Source: Myxococcota bacterium (lineage in GTDB: Bacteria > Myxococcota_A > UBA796 > SXON01). From it: DNA of 64,000 nucleotides. Of the stretch, positions 27,083 through 36,748 are shown in pieces. Below the pieces are notes generated by a model. The model was not told the DNA's origin, did not search any database, and saw nothing but the letters and a program-made list of their open reading frames with translations. Both the position numbers and the translations under genes were made by a program. The stretch covers positions 160,001 through 224,000 of the forward strand of contig JAZKFH010000042.1 in the NCBI GenBank assembly GCA_040386535.1, in the 5' to 3' direction. Every line of letters starts with the position of its first letter. Within the stretch, counting starts at the first letter, position 1.

Positions 27083-28291
27083 TCAGCCGGTTTGTCTAGA
27101 GGAGGCGCCGGGTGCGACTGCCACCGCCACCCCGTCCCGCACCGTCGCCGCGCCCTCGATCGTGTCCGGCCACTTGCGCAACACGTCGCCCGAGGGCGCG
27201 ACCAGGAACGCGTCGTTGGGCACCGCCATGCCGTAGCCCATCTTCACGTGGGCCCCGACTTTCGCGCGGTGGCCGATGGCGACGCCGAGAAAGTGTGTAT
27301 CCGCGCTGACGACGGCGCCCTGGTGCACCACGCGCACCGGTTGGCCGAAGGACAGATCGAACGCGGTGGCGGTCATCGCCACGAAGGCGTCGCGGCCGAA
27401 GACACACATCTGCCAGCCGCCGCCCGCGCTCACGAACGCGCCCGGGTAGAGCACGCAGAAGTTACACATGGCGGTGCGGCCGAGCCGGGCGCCGGGGCCG
27501 ATGACCGCAAGCGACGCGTGGGCATAATCCTCGATCTTCGCGCCGTCGCCCACCACACAGCCGCGCACGAGCGCATAGGCGCCCACCTCGACGTCGTCGC
27601 CGAGCTGGCTCGCCTCCACCACCGCGGTGGGGTGGATCTTGCAGCGCTTTCCCACGCGGTTGAGCGCGCGGGCGACGGCGTGGGGCTTGAAACTCCGTGC
27701 GCGCAGGAGCACCGCGAGCACCACGAACACCTTCTTCCAAATCGGGGACGCCTCGAAGTCGGCCTTGGCCTCCTCGGCCGTGGCAACGAGCGCGAGCAGG
27801 TTGACACGCAAAACGTGCGACCAATGCTCGAGCCCGTGCACGAGGCGCGCACCGGTCACCAACGGGCGCTGGGCGTGCGCGAAGGCGGGGTGCAGCTCCA
27901 TCGCCGCGGCGGGGCGCAGCTGGAGATCCAGGGGCAGGTCGGGCCCGTCGAGCGTCGGCGCGCCGCCCGCGGGCACCATCGCGACCTCGGGGCGCTCGGG
28001 CGTGCTCTGGAGCGGCCCCGTCTCGCGCAGGTACACCGGGTCGGCGATGCGCACGCGACCGGTCGCGCCCGCCGCCTTCACCGCGCGGAGGAAGGACGCC
28101 GTGAACCACACCCGGTCGGAGTACACGAGGTACGGCGCGTCGGCCGGCGGCGTGTCCACACGGGTGAAGCCCGCCGCGATCAGCGCCTTGTCCTGCGCCT
28201 CGGCGAGGGTGCCGCGGAGCACGCGGGTCTGGCCGACGGGATCGTCGAAGGGGGGGAACGTGGTTCCCGAGGTGATGCGCACGGCCAGCAT
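27083..28291 (-). CDS. Hypothetical protein with left-handed beta-helix (hexapeptide) repeats
   Basis: VGKRCKIHPTAVVE..LGDDVEVGAYALVRGCVVGDGAKI..IGPGARLG..IGHRAKVG. Confidence 0.75.
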   Translation of the reverse strand: MLAVRITSGTTFPPFDDPVGQTRVLRGTLAEAQDKALIAAGFTRVDTPPADAPYLVYSDRVWFTASFLRAVKAAGATGRVRIADPVYLRETGPLQSTPERPEVAMVPAGGAPTLDGPDLPLDLQLRPAAAMELHPAFAHAQRPLVTGARLVHGLEHWSHVLRVNLLALVATAEEAKADFEASPIWKKVFVVLAVLLRARSFKPHAVARALNRVGKRCKIHPTAVVEASQLGDDVEVGAYALVRGCVVGDGAKIEDYAHASLAVIGPGARLGRTAMCNFCVLYPGAFVSAGGGWQMCVFGRDAFVAMTATAFDLSFGQPVRVVHQGAVVSADTHFLGVAIGHRAKVGAHVKMGYGMAVPNDAFLVAPSGDVLRKWPDTIEGAATVRDGVAVAVAPGASSRQTG

Positions 28292-28388
28292 GGCGCGAGT
28301 GTACCGCCCGACGCGGGGCCGCGCCCTCCGGAGGACCCGGGCAGAAGCTCGGGGGCGCCTGCCGCGCGGGCCCGGTTACCTCCTGCGC

Positions 28389-28985
28389 ATGACCATCGGA
28401 CCCGACGACATCCTCCGCTTCTGGTTCGGCGCCGCAGACCTGCGCGCCGTCCCCTCCCCCGCCACCCCGCGGCGCTGGTTCACCCCCGACCCCGCCTTCG
28501 ACGCCGAGATTGCGGACCGCTTCGGCGCGCTGCTCGACGGCGATCCCGAGGCGGTCGAGGCCTGGGCGGCCACGCCTGCTGGCGCGCTGGCCGCGATCCT
28601 CACGTTCGACCAGTTTCCCCGCAACGTGTTCCGTGGCCAGGCCCGCGCCTTCGCGACCGACGCCCGCGCGTTGCGCCTCGCGACCGCGTGTGTGGCAGCG
28701 CGCTTCGACCAGGAGATGGGCGTGTCCCAACGTGCGTTCGTGTACCTGCCCTTCGAGCACGCGGAGGACATCGCGTCGCAGGATCGTTCGGTGGCGCTCT
28801 TCCAGGAGCTGGCGACCGACCCCGCGGGGGCGCTCTACCTCTCCTTCGCGGAGAGCCACCACGCCACGATCGCGCGCTTCGGCCGCTTCCCGGGCCGCAA
28901 CGCCGCGCTCGGCCGCACCGCGACGCCGGAGGAGGAGGCGTACCTCGCGGGGGGCGGGGCGACGTGGGGGCAGGGGAAGGTGTAG
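28389..28985 (+). CDS. DUF924 family protein
   Basis: ILRFWFG, DQFPRNVFRG, YLPFEHAE, IARFGRFPGRN. Confidence 0.93.
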   Translation: MTIGPDDILRFWFGAADLRAVPSPATPRRWFTPDPAFDAEIADRFGALLDGDPEAVEAWAATPAGALAAILTFDQFPRNVFRGQARAFATDARALRLATACVAARFDQEMGVSQRAFVYLPFEHAEDIASQDRSVALFQELATDPAGALYLSFAESHHATIARFGRFPGRNAALGRTATPEEEAYLAGGGATWGQGKV

Positions 28986-29023
28986 GCGTTGGGGGGGGAA
29001 CGCTAGGCGCCACGGCGACGCCA

Positions 29024-29318
29024 GTCCAGCAACGCCGGACCTGACCGGCAGGTGGCGAGTTGCTGGACGCCCAGTCCAGCAACGCCGGACCTGACCGGCA
29101 GGTGCCGAGTTGCTGGACGTGGCGTCCAGCAACGCCGAACCTGACCGGCAGGTGCCGAGTTGCTGGACGTGGCGTCCAGCAACGCCGAACCTGACCGGCA
29201 GGTGGCGAGTTGCTGGACGTGGCGTCCAGCAACTCCGAACCTGACCGGCAGGTGCCGAGTTGCTGGACGTGGAGTCCAGCAACGCCGGACCTGACCGGCA
29301 GGTGGCGAGTTGCTGGAC
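29024..29318. repeat. Tandem array of six 50-bp palindromic (REP/BIME-like) units
   Basis: Unit GTCCAGCAAC-GCCGGACCTGACCGGCAGGTGGCGA-GTTGCTGGAC plus a 5-bp linker, starting at 29024, 29074, 29124, 29174, 29224 and 29274; lies between convergent genes. Confidence 0.95.
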
Positions 29319-29409
29319 ACCGGCGCCCCGTGCGACAACACCCCGCGCCCCGCCCACCCCGCCGCCGCAGCGGCCGCGCCCGGCGCGGTCCGTCTGCCCA
29401 GCTCCCGCT

Positions 29410-30237
29410 TCAGACCGCCCGCACCGACCCCACCAGGCACACCTTCCGCCCGCGCACCTCGAAGCCCACGCCGCCGTCGATGGCGCCCGCCTCGAAGGTG
29501 ACGCTCCCGGGTAGCGGCACCGGCGCCACGAAGCGTACGTCGACGGTGCACGCTTCGGGAACGTCGGTGTCGAGCTCGGCGAGGGCGCGCGCGAGGGTCC
29601 ACCAGCCGTGCGCGATGGGCTTGGGGAAGCCGAACGGGCGCGAGGTCCACGGGGAGAGGTGGATGGGGTTGTAGTCGCCGCTCACGGCTGCGTAACGACG
29701 GCCCTGATCCGCCGGGAGGCGCCAGCGCGTGGACCGGGTGACCTTCATGCCCCCCTCTGACACCGCCTCGCGCTCGCCGCCGTGCCCGCGGATGCCGCGC
29801 GTGAGGATCGTCGTAATACCCTCCCACACGATCTCGTCGCCCGCGGAGACCGTGACGACGAGATCGAATTCGCCGCCCGCCCGCACGACGCGGTGGCCGT
29901 CGACCACGCAGTTCGCGGAGAGGACCTCACCCGCGCGCACGTGGCGCCGCCGGGTGATCTGTTGGCGGGTGTGCACGATGCCGGTCACGGAGAGCGGAAA
30001 CGCCGGCGCGGTCATGACGGCGAGCTGGAGGCCCACCGTCGCGACGCCGGGCCACGTGAGCGGGAGCGGGTCGGCCACGGGGAAACCGCACACGCGCGCG
30101 TAGGCGGCGGCGTCCGTCGGGATCGTGTCGGCCATCGCCTCGATGCGCGGCAACGAGCCCTTCCACGCGGCGCGCTTGGTGAAGCTGGTCCAGAGCGAGA
30201 CCTGGGGGGGCGCCGGATACCGCGCGGCGCCGCTCAC
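29410..30237 (-). CDS. MaoC-like double hotdog dehydratase
   Basis: YAAVSGDYNPIH, IAHGWW; GTG 30237 overlaps the upstream stop. Confidence 0.92.
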   Translation of the reverse strand: MSGAARYPAPPQVSLWTSFTKRAAWKGSLPRIEAMADTIPTDAAAYARVCGFPVADPLPLTWPGVATVGLQLAVMTAPAFPLSVTGIVHTRQQITRRRHVRAGEVLSANCVVDGHRVVRAGGEFDLVVTVSAGDEIVWEGITTILTRGIRGHGGEREAVSEGGMKVTRSTRWRLPADQGRRYAAVSGDYNPIHLSPWTSRPFGFPKPIAHGWWTLARALAELDTDVPEACTVDVRFVAPVPLPGSVTFEAGAIDGGVGFEVRGRKVCLVGSVRAV

Positions 30238-32009
30238 CACACGCCCTCCGACCGCCACGCCTCGGGCCACGCGGAGCCCCGATTGCCCGGGATCTCGCGC
30301 CCCGTCGCGTCCGTGACGAAGTTCCCCACGTCGGCGAAGGCGCGCTCGCCGTTCACCCGCCCCTCACGGCTCCGCATCGCGACGATCGTGCCGTCGCGCC
30401 GCACGGACGCGACCTCGTGGGGCGCCGCGCGCAGGTCGACCAGGGCGCCCTTCTGCTTCGCGTTGAGGAGCTGCTCCTCGTTGCCGATGGGATCGGCCAC
30501 GGTCTTGGCCTTGAGCGTCCACACGAGCAGCGCGCAGGGGTCGCGGCCGGGAAACGCGTCTGCGAGCAGGTCGGAGTTGCCGTAGAACTGCTTGCCGATG
30601 TCGTTCTGGTTGACCGGGCCCGCCATGAGGCAGATGCCGGCGAGCAGATCGCAGCCCTCGGGCAGGTCGATGCAGCCCGCGAGCTCACACACCAGCGCGC
30701 TCCGCGCCGCCGCCGCCCCGAACGCGCGCACCGCGTGCGGGAAGGACACGCCCGCGGCCTCGACCTCCTTCGGCGAGAGGCCCCCCACGTAGATGCGCTG
30801 CCCAGCGAGGCCGAACGCCTTCTTGCCACGCGCGGCGTTCTTGGAGAGGGACTTGCCGGTCGGAAGGTCGGCCCAGAGCGGGATGCCGGCGCACACCTTG
30901 TCGGTGATCGTCTCGAGCTCGGTGCGCACGCCGCGCAGGCGCTCCTTGCCGGTGGGGGTGAGCACGTCGATGCGCTCGAGCAGGAGCAGCGCCTTTGCCT
31001 GCTCGCGGTCCACGCCCGACCAGCGCCAGAACGCGTTGTATGCGGCGCGCGCGGCCATCTCGGTGAGGCCCTGCGGCACGTCCATCTCCTGGCGCGCCTG
31101 GTAGGCCGGCGGCGCCTTGTCCTCCGCGTTCACGCCGGGCTGGATGCGCTCCGAGCGGAACGCGAGCAGGTTCGCACCGAGCTTGCGGCAGAGGTCCGGC
31201 GCGATCGGCGACACGTCCGCCACCGCCCCCACCTGCGCCACGAGGCACACGCGCCAGCCGAGCGCGCGCTCGTCGGCGGTGAGGCCGACCAGGGCCTCGA
31301 TCTCGGCCTGGAGGGGGGCGTTCTTGCCGCCCGCGACCGAGAAGGGCGCCATCAGCACGTTCGCGCGGCGGCGGCCCCCGGAGGCGAGCAGGGCGGCGCG
31401 CTCGAACGCCTCGGCCCAGATGCCGACGTGGAGGTGCTGGAGGTAGCCGATCGTCGGGATGTCGTCGGTGTGGTGGAACTTCTTGTTCCACGCGCGGATC
31501 GGCACGGTGAGCAGGCTCGCGACGGGCTTGTGGCCGATGAACGTGAGCAGGAAGGTGAAGGGGGTGCGGTAGGGCCGCGACAGCGCCACATGGGTGTAGG
31601 CGGCGCCGTCGAGGACGGTTTCGACGCCGTCCAGGCGGCGCAGGAGCGTCGTGAGCGCGGCGGAGTCCGCCGGGCCGAGGGTGACTTGCCGGTGGCCACG
31701 GTAGTTCGTGGACTGGCGCGACGAGAGCACGCCGAGCGCGGCCTCCTCGAAGAGCTCGGCCTCGGTGGGGGCGGCGCCCGGGACGAACGCGGCAGGCGGC
31801 GCGAGCGAGAGGAGCGCGGCGGCCTGGCGGCCCTCGTCCGTCGTGAGCGACACGCGCGTGCGGAAGCCGATCGGGTTGGCCGAGTCGAGCGCCTCGGGCA
31901 GGTGGTAGCGGTCCCGGCGCTCGCCCTCGGCGGCGAAGCGGGCGTCGCGAGCCACGCGCTGTTCGGAGGGCGGCGGCGGGATGGGCGAGAGGGTGATGGG
32001 CTTCTGCAC
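30234..32009 (-). CDS. Conserved-looking hypothetical protein (~590 aa)
   Basis: Long ORF with typical codon usage, probable GTG start at 32009; no motif recognised. Confidence 0.8.
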   Translation of the reverse strand: MQKPITLSPIPPPPSEQRVARDARFAAEGERRDRYHLPEALDSANPIGFRTRVSLTTDEGRQAAALLSLAPPAAFVPGAAPTEAELFEEAALGVLSSRQSTNYRGHRQVTLGPADSAALTTLLRRLDGVETVLDGAAYTHVALSRPYRTPFTFLLTFIGHKPVASLLTVPIRAWNKKFHHTDDIPTIGYLQHLHVGIWAEAFERAALLASGGRRRANVLMAPFSVAGGKNAPLQAEIEALVGLTADERALGWRVCLVAQVGAVADVSPIAPDLCRKLGANLLAFRSERIQPGVNAEDKAPPAYQARQEMDVPQGLTEMAARAAYNAFWRWSGVDREQAKALLLLERIDVLTPTGKERLRGVRTELETITDKVCAGIPLWADLPTGKSLSKNAARGKKAFGLAGQRIYVGGLSPKEVEAAGVSFPHAVRAFGAAAARSALVCELAGCIDLPEGCDLLAGICLMAGPVNQNDIGKQFYGNSDLLADAFPGRDPCALLVWTLKAKTVADPIGNEEQLLNAKQKGALVDLRAAPHEVASVRRDGTIVAMRSREGRVNGERAFADVGNFVTDATGREIPGNRGSAWPEAWRSEGVW

Positions 32010-32160
32010 GGTTCCGATCGAGGTGGGTGGCGAAGGTACCACCTCCGGTCCGCGCGCGTCACCCCCACGGCGCAACGCCGACTATTCCTCGGCACGTCGC
32101 AAGGGGGCGATCGGCGACGACGTGCGCTATGCTCGCCGCGCCTTCCCCAGGACCGAATCG

Positions 32161-34200
32161 ATGGCGCTGCAGCACCTCACCGAAGAAGAGATCCGCACCT
32201 GGACCCGTGAGCAGAAGGACCGATGGTGGCTCACGAACGTCTACCGCGGGCACATGCCGCAGCTGACGTGGCGCTCCGCGGTGACCGGGTTCCTGCTCGG
32301 CGGCGTACTGTCCGCGACCAACCTGTACATCGGCGCGAAAACCGGCTGGTCGCTCGGCGTCGGCGTCACCAGCGTGATCCTCGCCTTCGCGATGTTCAAG
32401 GCGTTCGGCAAGCTCGGCATCGGGAAGGACTTCACGATCCTGGAGAACAACGCGGTCCAGTCGGTCGCGACGGCCGCCGGGTACATGACCGCGCCGCTCA
32501 TCTCGAGCCTCACCGCGTTCATGGTGATGACCGAGGTCGTGCTCCCCTGGTACCAGATCTTCCTGTGGATGGCGGTCACCTCCATCCTCGGCGTGCTGGT
32601 CGCCTTCCCGATGAAGCGCCGCTTCATCAACGACGAGCAGCAGCCCTTCCCCGAGGGCCGCGCCTGCGCCGTCGTGCTCGACTCGCTCTACCCGGACGCC
32701 CCGCTGGGCGGCACGAAGAACATGGTCGACGACATGCCGCAGCCCAAGGTGGGCGCGGGCGCGACCGCCCACGAGCAGTGGCTCGGCAACCTCAAGGCCC
32801 AGGCCCTGTTCGGCTCGGCCGCCATCGCCGGCGGCATCGAGTTCCTGAAGCTCGAGGGCTACCAGATCCTGCTCCAGGAGCGGATCCTGGGCCGGGCGGC
32901 GGGCACGGCGTGGCACCTCCCCGAGAAGCTCCTCGGTTGGTACTACGAGCTCGGCGCCCAGTACTCCTGGTGGGTGCCGAAGATCATGGGCACCGACATC
33001 CGGCAGCTCGGCATCGCCCCGGTCCTCGACATCACGATGTTCGGCGCGGGGGGCCTCACCGGCCTGCGCATCGCGAACAGCCTGATGATCGGCGCGTTCA
33101 TCAACAACGCCATCCTCGCGCCCTGGATGATCTCCATCGGCGAGATCCTCCCCAAGGCCGACGGCACGTTCGGCCGCGCCCACCTGCTCAACACGTGGTG
33201 CCTCTGGTGGGGTGTGTCGATCATGGTCGCTGGTTCGCTCGCGGGCCTGTTTGCCAAGCCGCAGATCATCATCAGCGCCTTCACCGGCCTGTTCGCCAAG
33301 AAGGCCGCCGACACCGACGTGCTCGGCCACATCGAGCTCCCTCTCAAGGTGAGCTTCGTCGGCGTACCCGTGTTCGCGGCCCTCTCCGTGTTCCTGAATT
33401 GGTACTGGTTCGAAATCAACCCCTGGCTCGGCCTGCTCGCGGTGCCGATGATCATCGTGCTGACGCTCATCGCCGCCAACGCGACGGGCCTCACCAGCAC
33501 CACGCCCACGGGCTCGCTCTCCAAGATCACCCAGTTCACCTTCGGCGCGCTCGACCGCGCAAACCCCGCCACCAACCTCATCACCGCCGGCATGACCAGC
33601 GAGGTCGCGAGCAACGCCTCCAACCTGCTCATGGACATCAAGCCCGGCTACATGCTCGGCGCCAAGCCCCGCCAACAGGCCTGGGGCCACGTCATCGGCG
33701 TCATCGGCGGCGGCATCGCGGCCACCTTCCTGTTCTTCCCGCTGTTCCTCCCGCACTACGACGCGTCCCTGCCCCTCGGCCCCCAGGTGATGACCGAGAA
33801 GTTCCCGATGCCCGGCGTCGAGATCTGGAAGGGCGTCGCCATGCTGATCGCGGAGGGCGGCAGCGCGCTCCGCACTTCGTCCATCATCGCGATGGTCATC
33901 GCGGCGGCGGCCGGCATCTTGTTCGAGGTCCTCCGCGTCGGCACGAAGAACCGCTTCCCCATCTCCGCGGTGGCCGTGGGCCTCGGCGTGGTCATCCCCG
34001 TCGACTCCTCGCTCATGATGTGGTCCGGCGCGCTCTTCTTCGCGCTCATGACCCGCATCAACGCCAAGAAGGATCCGGCCACCACCGGCCACGGCCTCTG
34101 GATCGAGAGCCAGGAGCCCATCGCCGCCGGCCTCGTGGCGGGCGCGGCGCTCACGGGGATCGGCGATCAGCTCATCAGCGTGTTCGTGTTGGGGATGTAG
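32161..34200 (+). CDS. OPT family oligopeptide transporter
   Basis: NLYIGAKTGW, TILENNAVQS, PFPEG, DIKPGYMLGAKPRQQ, FPMP; many TM helices. Confidence 0.93.
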   Translation: MALQHLTEEEIRTWTREQKDRWWLTNVYRGHMPQLTWRSAVTGFLLGGVLSATNLYIGAKTGWSLGVGVTSVILAFAMFKAFGKLGIGKDFTILENNAVQSVATAAGYMTAPLISSLTAFMVMTEVVLPWYQIFLWMAVTSILGVLVAFPMKRRFINDEQQPFPEGRACAVVLDSLYPDAPLGGTKNMVDDMPQPKVGAGATAHEQWLGNLKAQALFGSAAIAGGIEFLKLEGYQILLQERILGRAAGTAWHLPEKLLGWYYELGAQYSWWVPKIMGTDIRQLGIAPVLDITMFGAGGLTGLRIANSLMIGAFINNAILAPWMISIGEILPKADGTFGRAHLLNTWCLWWGVSIMVAGSLAGLFAKPQIIISAFTGLFAKKAADTDVLGHIELPLKVSFVGVPVFAALSVFLNWYWFEINPWLGLLAVPMIIVLTLIAANATGLTSTTPTGSLSKITQFTFGALDRANPATNLITAGMTSEVASNASNLLMDIKPGYMLGAKPRQQAWGHVIGVIGGGIAATFLFFPLFLPHYDASLPLGPQVMTEKFPMPGVEIWKGVAMLIAEGGSALRTSSIIAMVIAAAAGILFEVLRVGTKNRFPISAVAVGLGVVIPVDSSLMMWSGALFFALMTRINAKKDPATTGHGLWIESQEPIAAGLVAGAALTGIGDQLISVFVLGM

Positions 34201-34312
34201 GGCTCGGGGTTTGGGTTCAGGGCGGTCCGGGGCCGCCCGCGCCACCCTCCAGGCGCCCTTGCGCGGCCCCACCCCCATGCCCCACGGCCCCCCACGCGAT
34301 AAACAGCCCAGG

Positions 34313-36658
34313 ATGACGACGACGCCGCGGCTCCAGCTCCCCGATCTCGGCGCTCCGGCGCTGGAGGCGCTGCTGGAGCGTACGAACGCCCTGCTTTATG
34401 TCGTGGACGAGCAAGAGCGCATCCTGTCGATCAACAAGGCGCTGCGCAACCGGATCGACTACGAGCTGGCCGCCGTGCCCGACCTGCGCACGCTCGCGCG
34501 CCTGCTCTACCCGGACCCCACGTTCCGCGAGGCCGCGCTGGCTGCCCACCGGAGCGCGCTGACCGGGGCGCCCGCGCGGGACGTCGAGTGGGTGTTGACC
34601 TCGCGCCAGGGTGATCAGCGGCAGATACGCTGGCAGTTTGCCGCCTCCGGCGAGCCGGGCGCGCGGGTGCTCGTGCTCATCGGGGAGGATGTCACCGACC
34701 GCCGCAAGCTCGAGCAGTGGGTGCGCCTCCAGAACGCGCTGTTGGAGCGGATCCCCGAGGCGGTCATCGTCGCCGACCTCGAGGGCCGCATCATCCACTG
34801 GACCGGGAGCGCCGAGCGCCTGTTCGGCTATGCGCCGCGGAGCGCGCTCGAGCGCCCGCTCTCCAACATCCTCGCCGACGAGAACGGCCGCGGGCTCGCC
34901 CTCGGGTGGGTCGAGTCGCTGCGCCAGCAGGGGCAGATCGAGTGGGTGCACGCGCTGCGGCGCGAGGCCGGTGACACGCTGGAGTGCCGCATCCAGGGCG
35001 CGCGCGTGCAGAACGAGCGCGGGCAGATGGTGGCGATCTCGCTGGTGGTGACCCCCGTCTCCGGCCCCCTCACCGAGGCGCCCACCGAGAACAGCGAGCC
35101 GGCGCTCGAACGCGCGTTGGGGCAGGTGGCCGCCGCGGCGGTGGTCGTGACCGACAGCCAGGGCGCGGTGCGCATCTGGGGCCGCGGATCCGAGCGGCTC
35201 GGCGGCATGGGCGCCGCAAAGGCCGTGGGGAAGCGGCTGTTCGACGAGGTGATGCGCTCCCAGGGCCAATCGTGGGACGCGTTGTTGACCCGCCTCCTCG
35301 GCCGCGGGCGCTTCCAGGCGCGCCTCACGATCGACCGCCCCAACGGCACCCGCGCCCCCGCGGATCTCGACGCCCAGGCCCTCCGCGGGCCCGACGGCTC
35401 CGTGCTCGGCGTGTTGTGTGTGTTCGCCGACCGCTCGGAGATGTTGGCGCTCTCGGAAGAGGCGCTCGCCACCAAGACCCAGGCGTTGGACGGCGTGTTC
35501 GTAGAGGGCGTGGTCAAGCGCCTGGTCGACGCGTGCACCTATTTCGAGCCCGATCACCGCCAGATCCTCGCGCGGCTGCACGATCTGCGCGCCATCGCCC
35601 GCATGGTCGGCTCCGGTGCCACCATGCGCGAGTTCGAGGCGTTCACCCGCCGCTCCCGCCTGGTCGAGCTCGACCGCGAGATGGACGACGTGATGTACCG
35701 CCTCGGCGAGGGCGTGCACCGCCTCCGCACGCTGGTCGACGACATCGGGCGGTTCGAGGCGGGCGAGGCCGACTCTCCCGGTCCCGTGCGCCTCACCCGC
35801 GAGCTCGACGCCGCGCGCGAGCTGATCGCCCACCACTTCGAGAACCGCATCCAGATCGACTGTGTCCTGGATGATCTTCCCGCCGCCCGCGCATCCCGAC
35901 GCCCGCTGCTCCGTGGCCTCGTGCTGCTGCTGCTCGCGAGCGCCGCGAGCTGCGAGGGCGCGGAGAAGCCCCAGGTCGTCATCGAGGGGCGCCACCAGGG
36001 CGGCTGGCTCTACCTCGACTGCCGGGACAACGGCGCCGGCTACTCGGTCGACGTGCAGTCCCGCCTGACCGACCTGCCCTACCTCGCCGCCCAGCCCGGC
36101 TTCGCCTCGCTCTACCTCGGGCTCGCGCGCGAGTCGTTGCGTCTCGCCGGCGGCAACCTCGAGATCGACACCGCGGCGGGCACCGGCGCCCGTGTGCGCG
36201 TCAGCTTCCCCGCGGCCGACGCGACGGTGGCGGTCCAATCCGTCGAGGTCCCCCGCGCCCAGACCGGGCTGCGCGGCCGCGTCCTGCTGGTCGAGGATGA
36301 CGACCTGCTGCGCCGCGCGCTCGAGCGGCACCTGGGCGAGGTGCACGGGGTCGACAGCCACGCCACCATCGCCGAGGCCCTGGGTGACCTCGCCACCGGC
36401 CAGTACGACGCCGCCGTGTTGAGCTTCCCCCGCCCCGAGAGCTTCGGCCTGCGCCTGCTCGCCCGCTTCGCAGAGACCGCGCCCGCGCTGACCCGCAACG
36501 CGGTCGTCATGATCCCGCCCGGGCTGAAGCACACCACCCGCGAGCGGCTCGTGTCACAAGGCTGGGTCGTGTTGGCGCGCCCGGTCGACTTCACGACGCT
36601 GCGGTCGGTGCTGCTGAGGCTGATGCCGACCGAGGAGCTGGCGCTGGGCGAGGGGTAG
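34313..36658 (+). CDS. Triple-PAS protein with degenerate histidine kinase and pseudo-receiver domains
   Basis: Three PAS-like units (GEDVTDRRKLE); DNGAG remnant; C-terminal RVLLVEDD receiver. The H-box His and the receiver Asp are absent. Confidence 0.85.
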   Translation: MTTTPRLQLPDLGAPALEALLERTNALLYVVDEQERILSINKALRNRIDYELAAVPDLRTLARLLYPDPTFREAALAAHRSALTGAPARDVEWVLTSRQGDQRQIRWQFAASGEPGARVLVLIGEDVTDRRKLEQWVRLQNALLERIPEAVIVADLEGRIIHWTGSAERLFGYAPRSALERPLSNILADENGRGLALGWVESLRQQGQIEWVHALRREAGDTLECRIQGARVQNERGQMVAISLVVTPVSGPLTEAPTENSEPALERALGQVAAAAVVVTDSQGAVRIWGRGSERLGGMGAAKAVGKRLFDEVMRSQGQSWDALLTRLLGRGRFQARLTIDRPNGTRAPADLDAQALRGPDGSVLGVLCVFADRSEMLALSEEALATKTQALDGVFVEGVVKRLVDACTYFEPDHRQILARLHDLRAIARMVGSGATMREFEAFTRRSRLVELDREMDDVMYRLGEGVHRLRTLVDDIGRFEAGEADSPGPVRLTRELDAARELIAHHFENRIQIDCVLDDLPAARASRRPLLRGLVLLLLASAASCEGAEKPQVVIEGRHQGGWLYLDCRDNGAGYSVDVQSRLTDLPYLAAQPGFASLYLGLARESLRLAGGNLEIDTAAGTGARVRVSFPAADATVAVQSVEVPRAQTGLRGRVLLVEDDDLLRRALERHLGEVHGVDSHATIAEALGDLATGQYDAAVLSFPRPESFGLRLLARFAETAPALTRNAVVMIPPGLKHTTRERLVSQGWVVLARPVDFTTLRSVLLRLMPTEELALGEG

Positions 36659-36748
36659 ACCGGGCCGCGGTCGGCGCCGCGCTGGTCTCCACGACCGCGG
36701 AGAGTTGGCAGGCGCCGGGCACCGCGGCCCACGCCGGTCGCCCACCTC

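Noticed and set aside
29024..29318. CRISPR array
   Set aside because: The linkers are only 5 bp and nearly identical, the 25-bp interiors are near-identical rather than unique spacers, and there are no cas genes in the window.
28600..29674. Repeat-protein ORFs across the 50-bp array
   Set aside because: The unit length is not a multiple of 3 and the ORFs overlap real genes; they are incidental translations.
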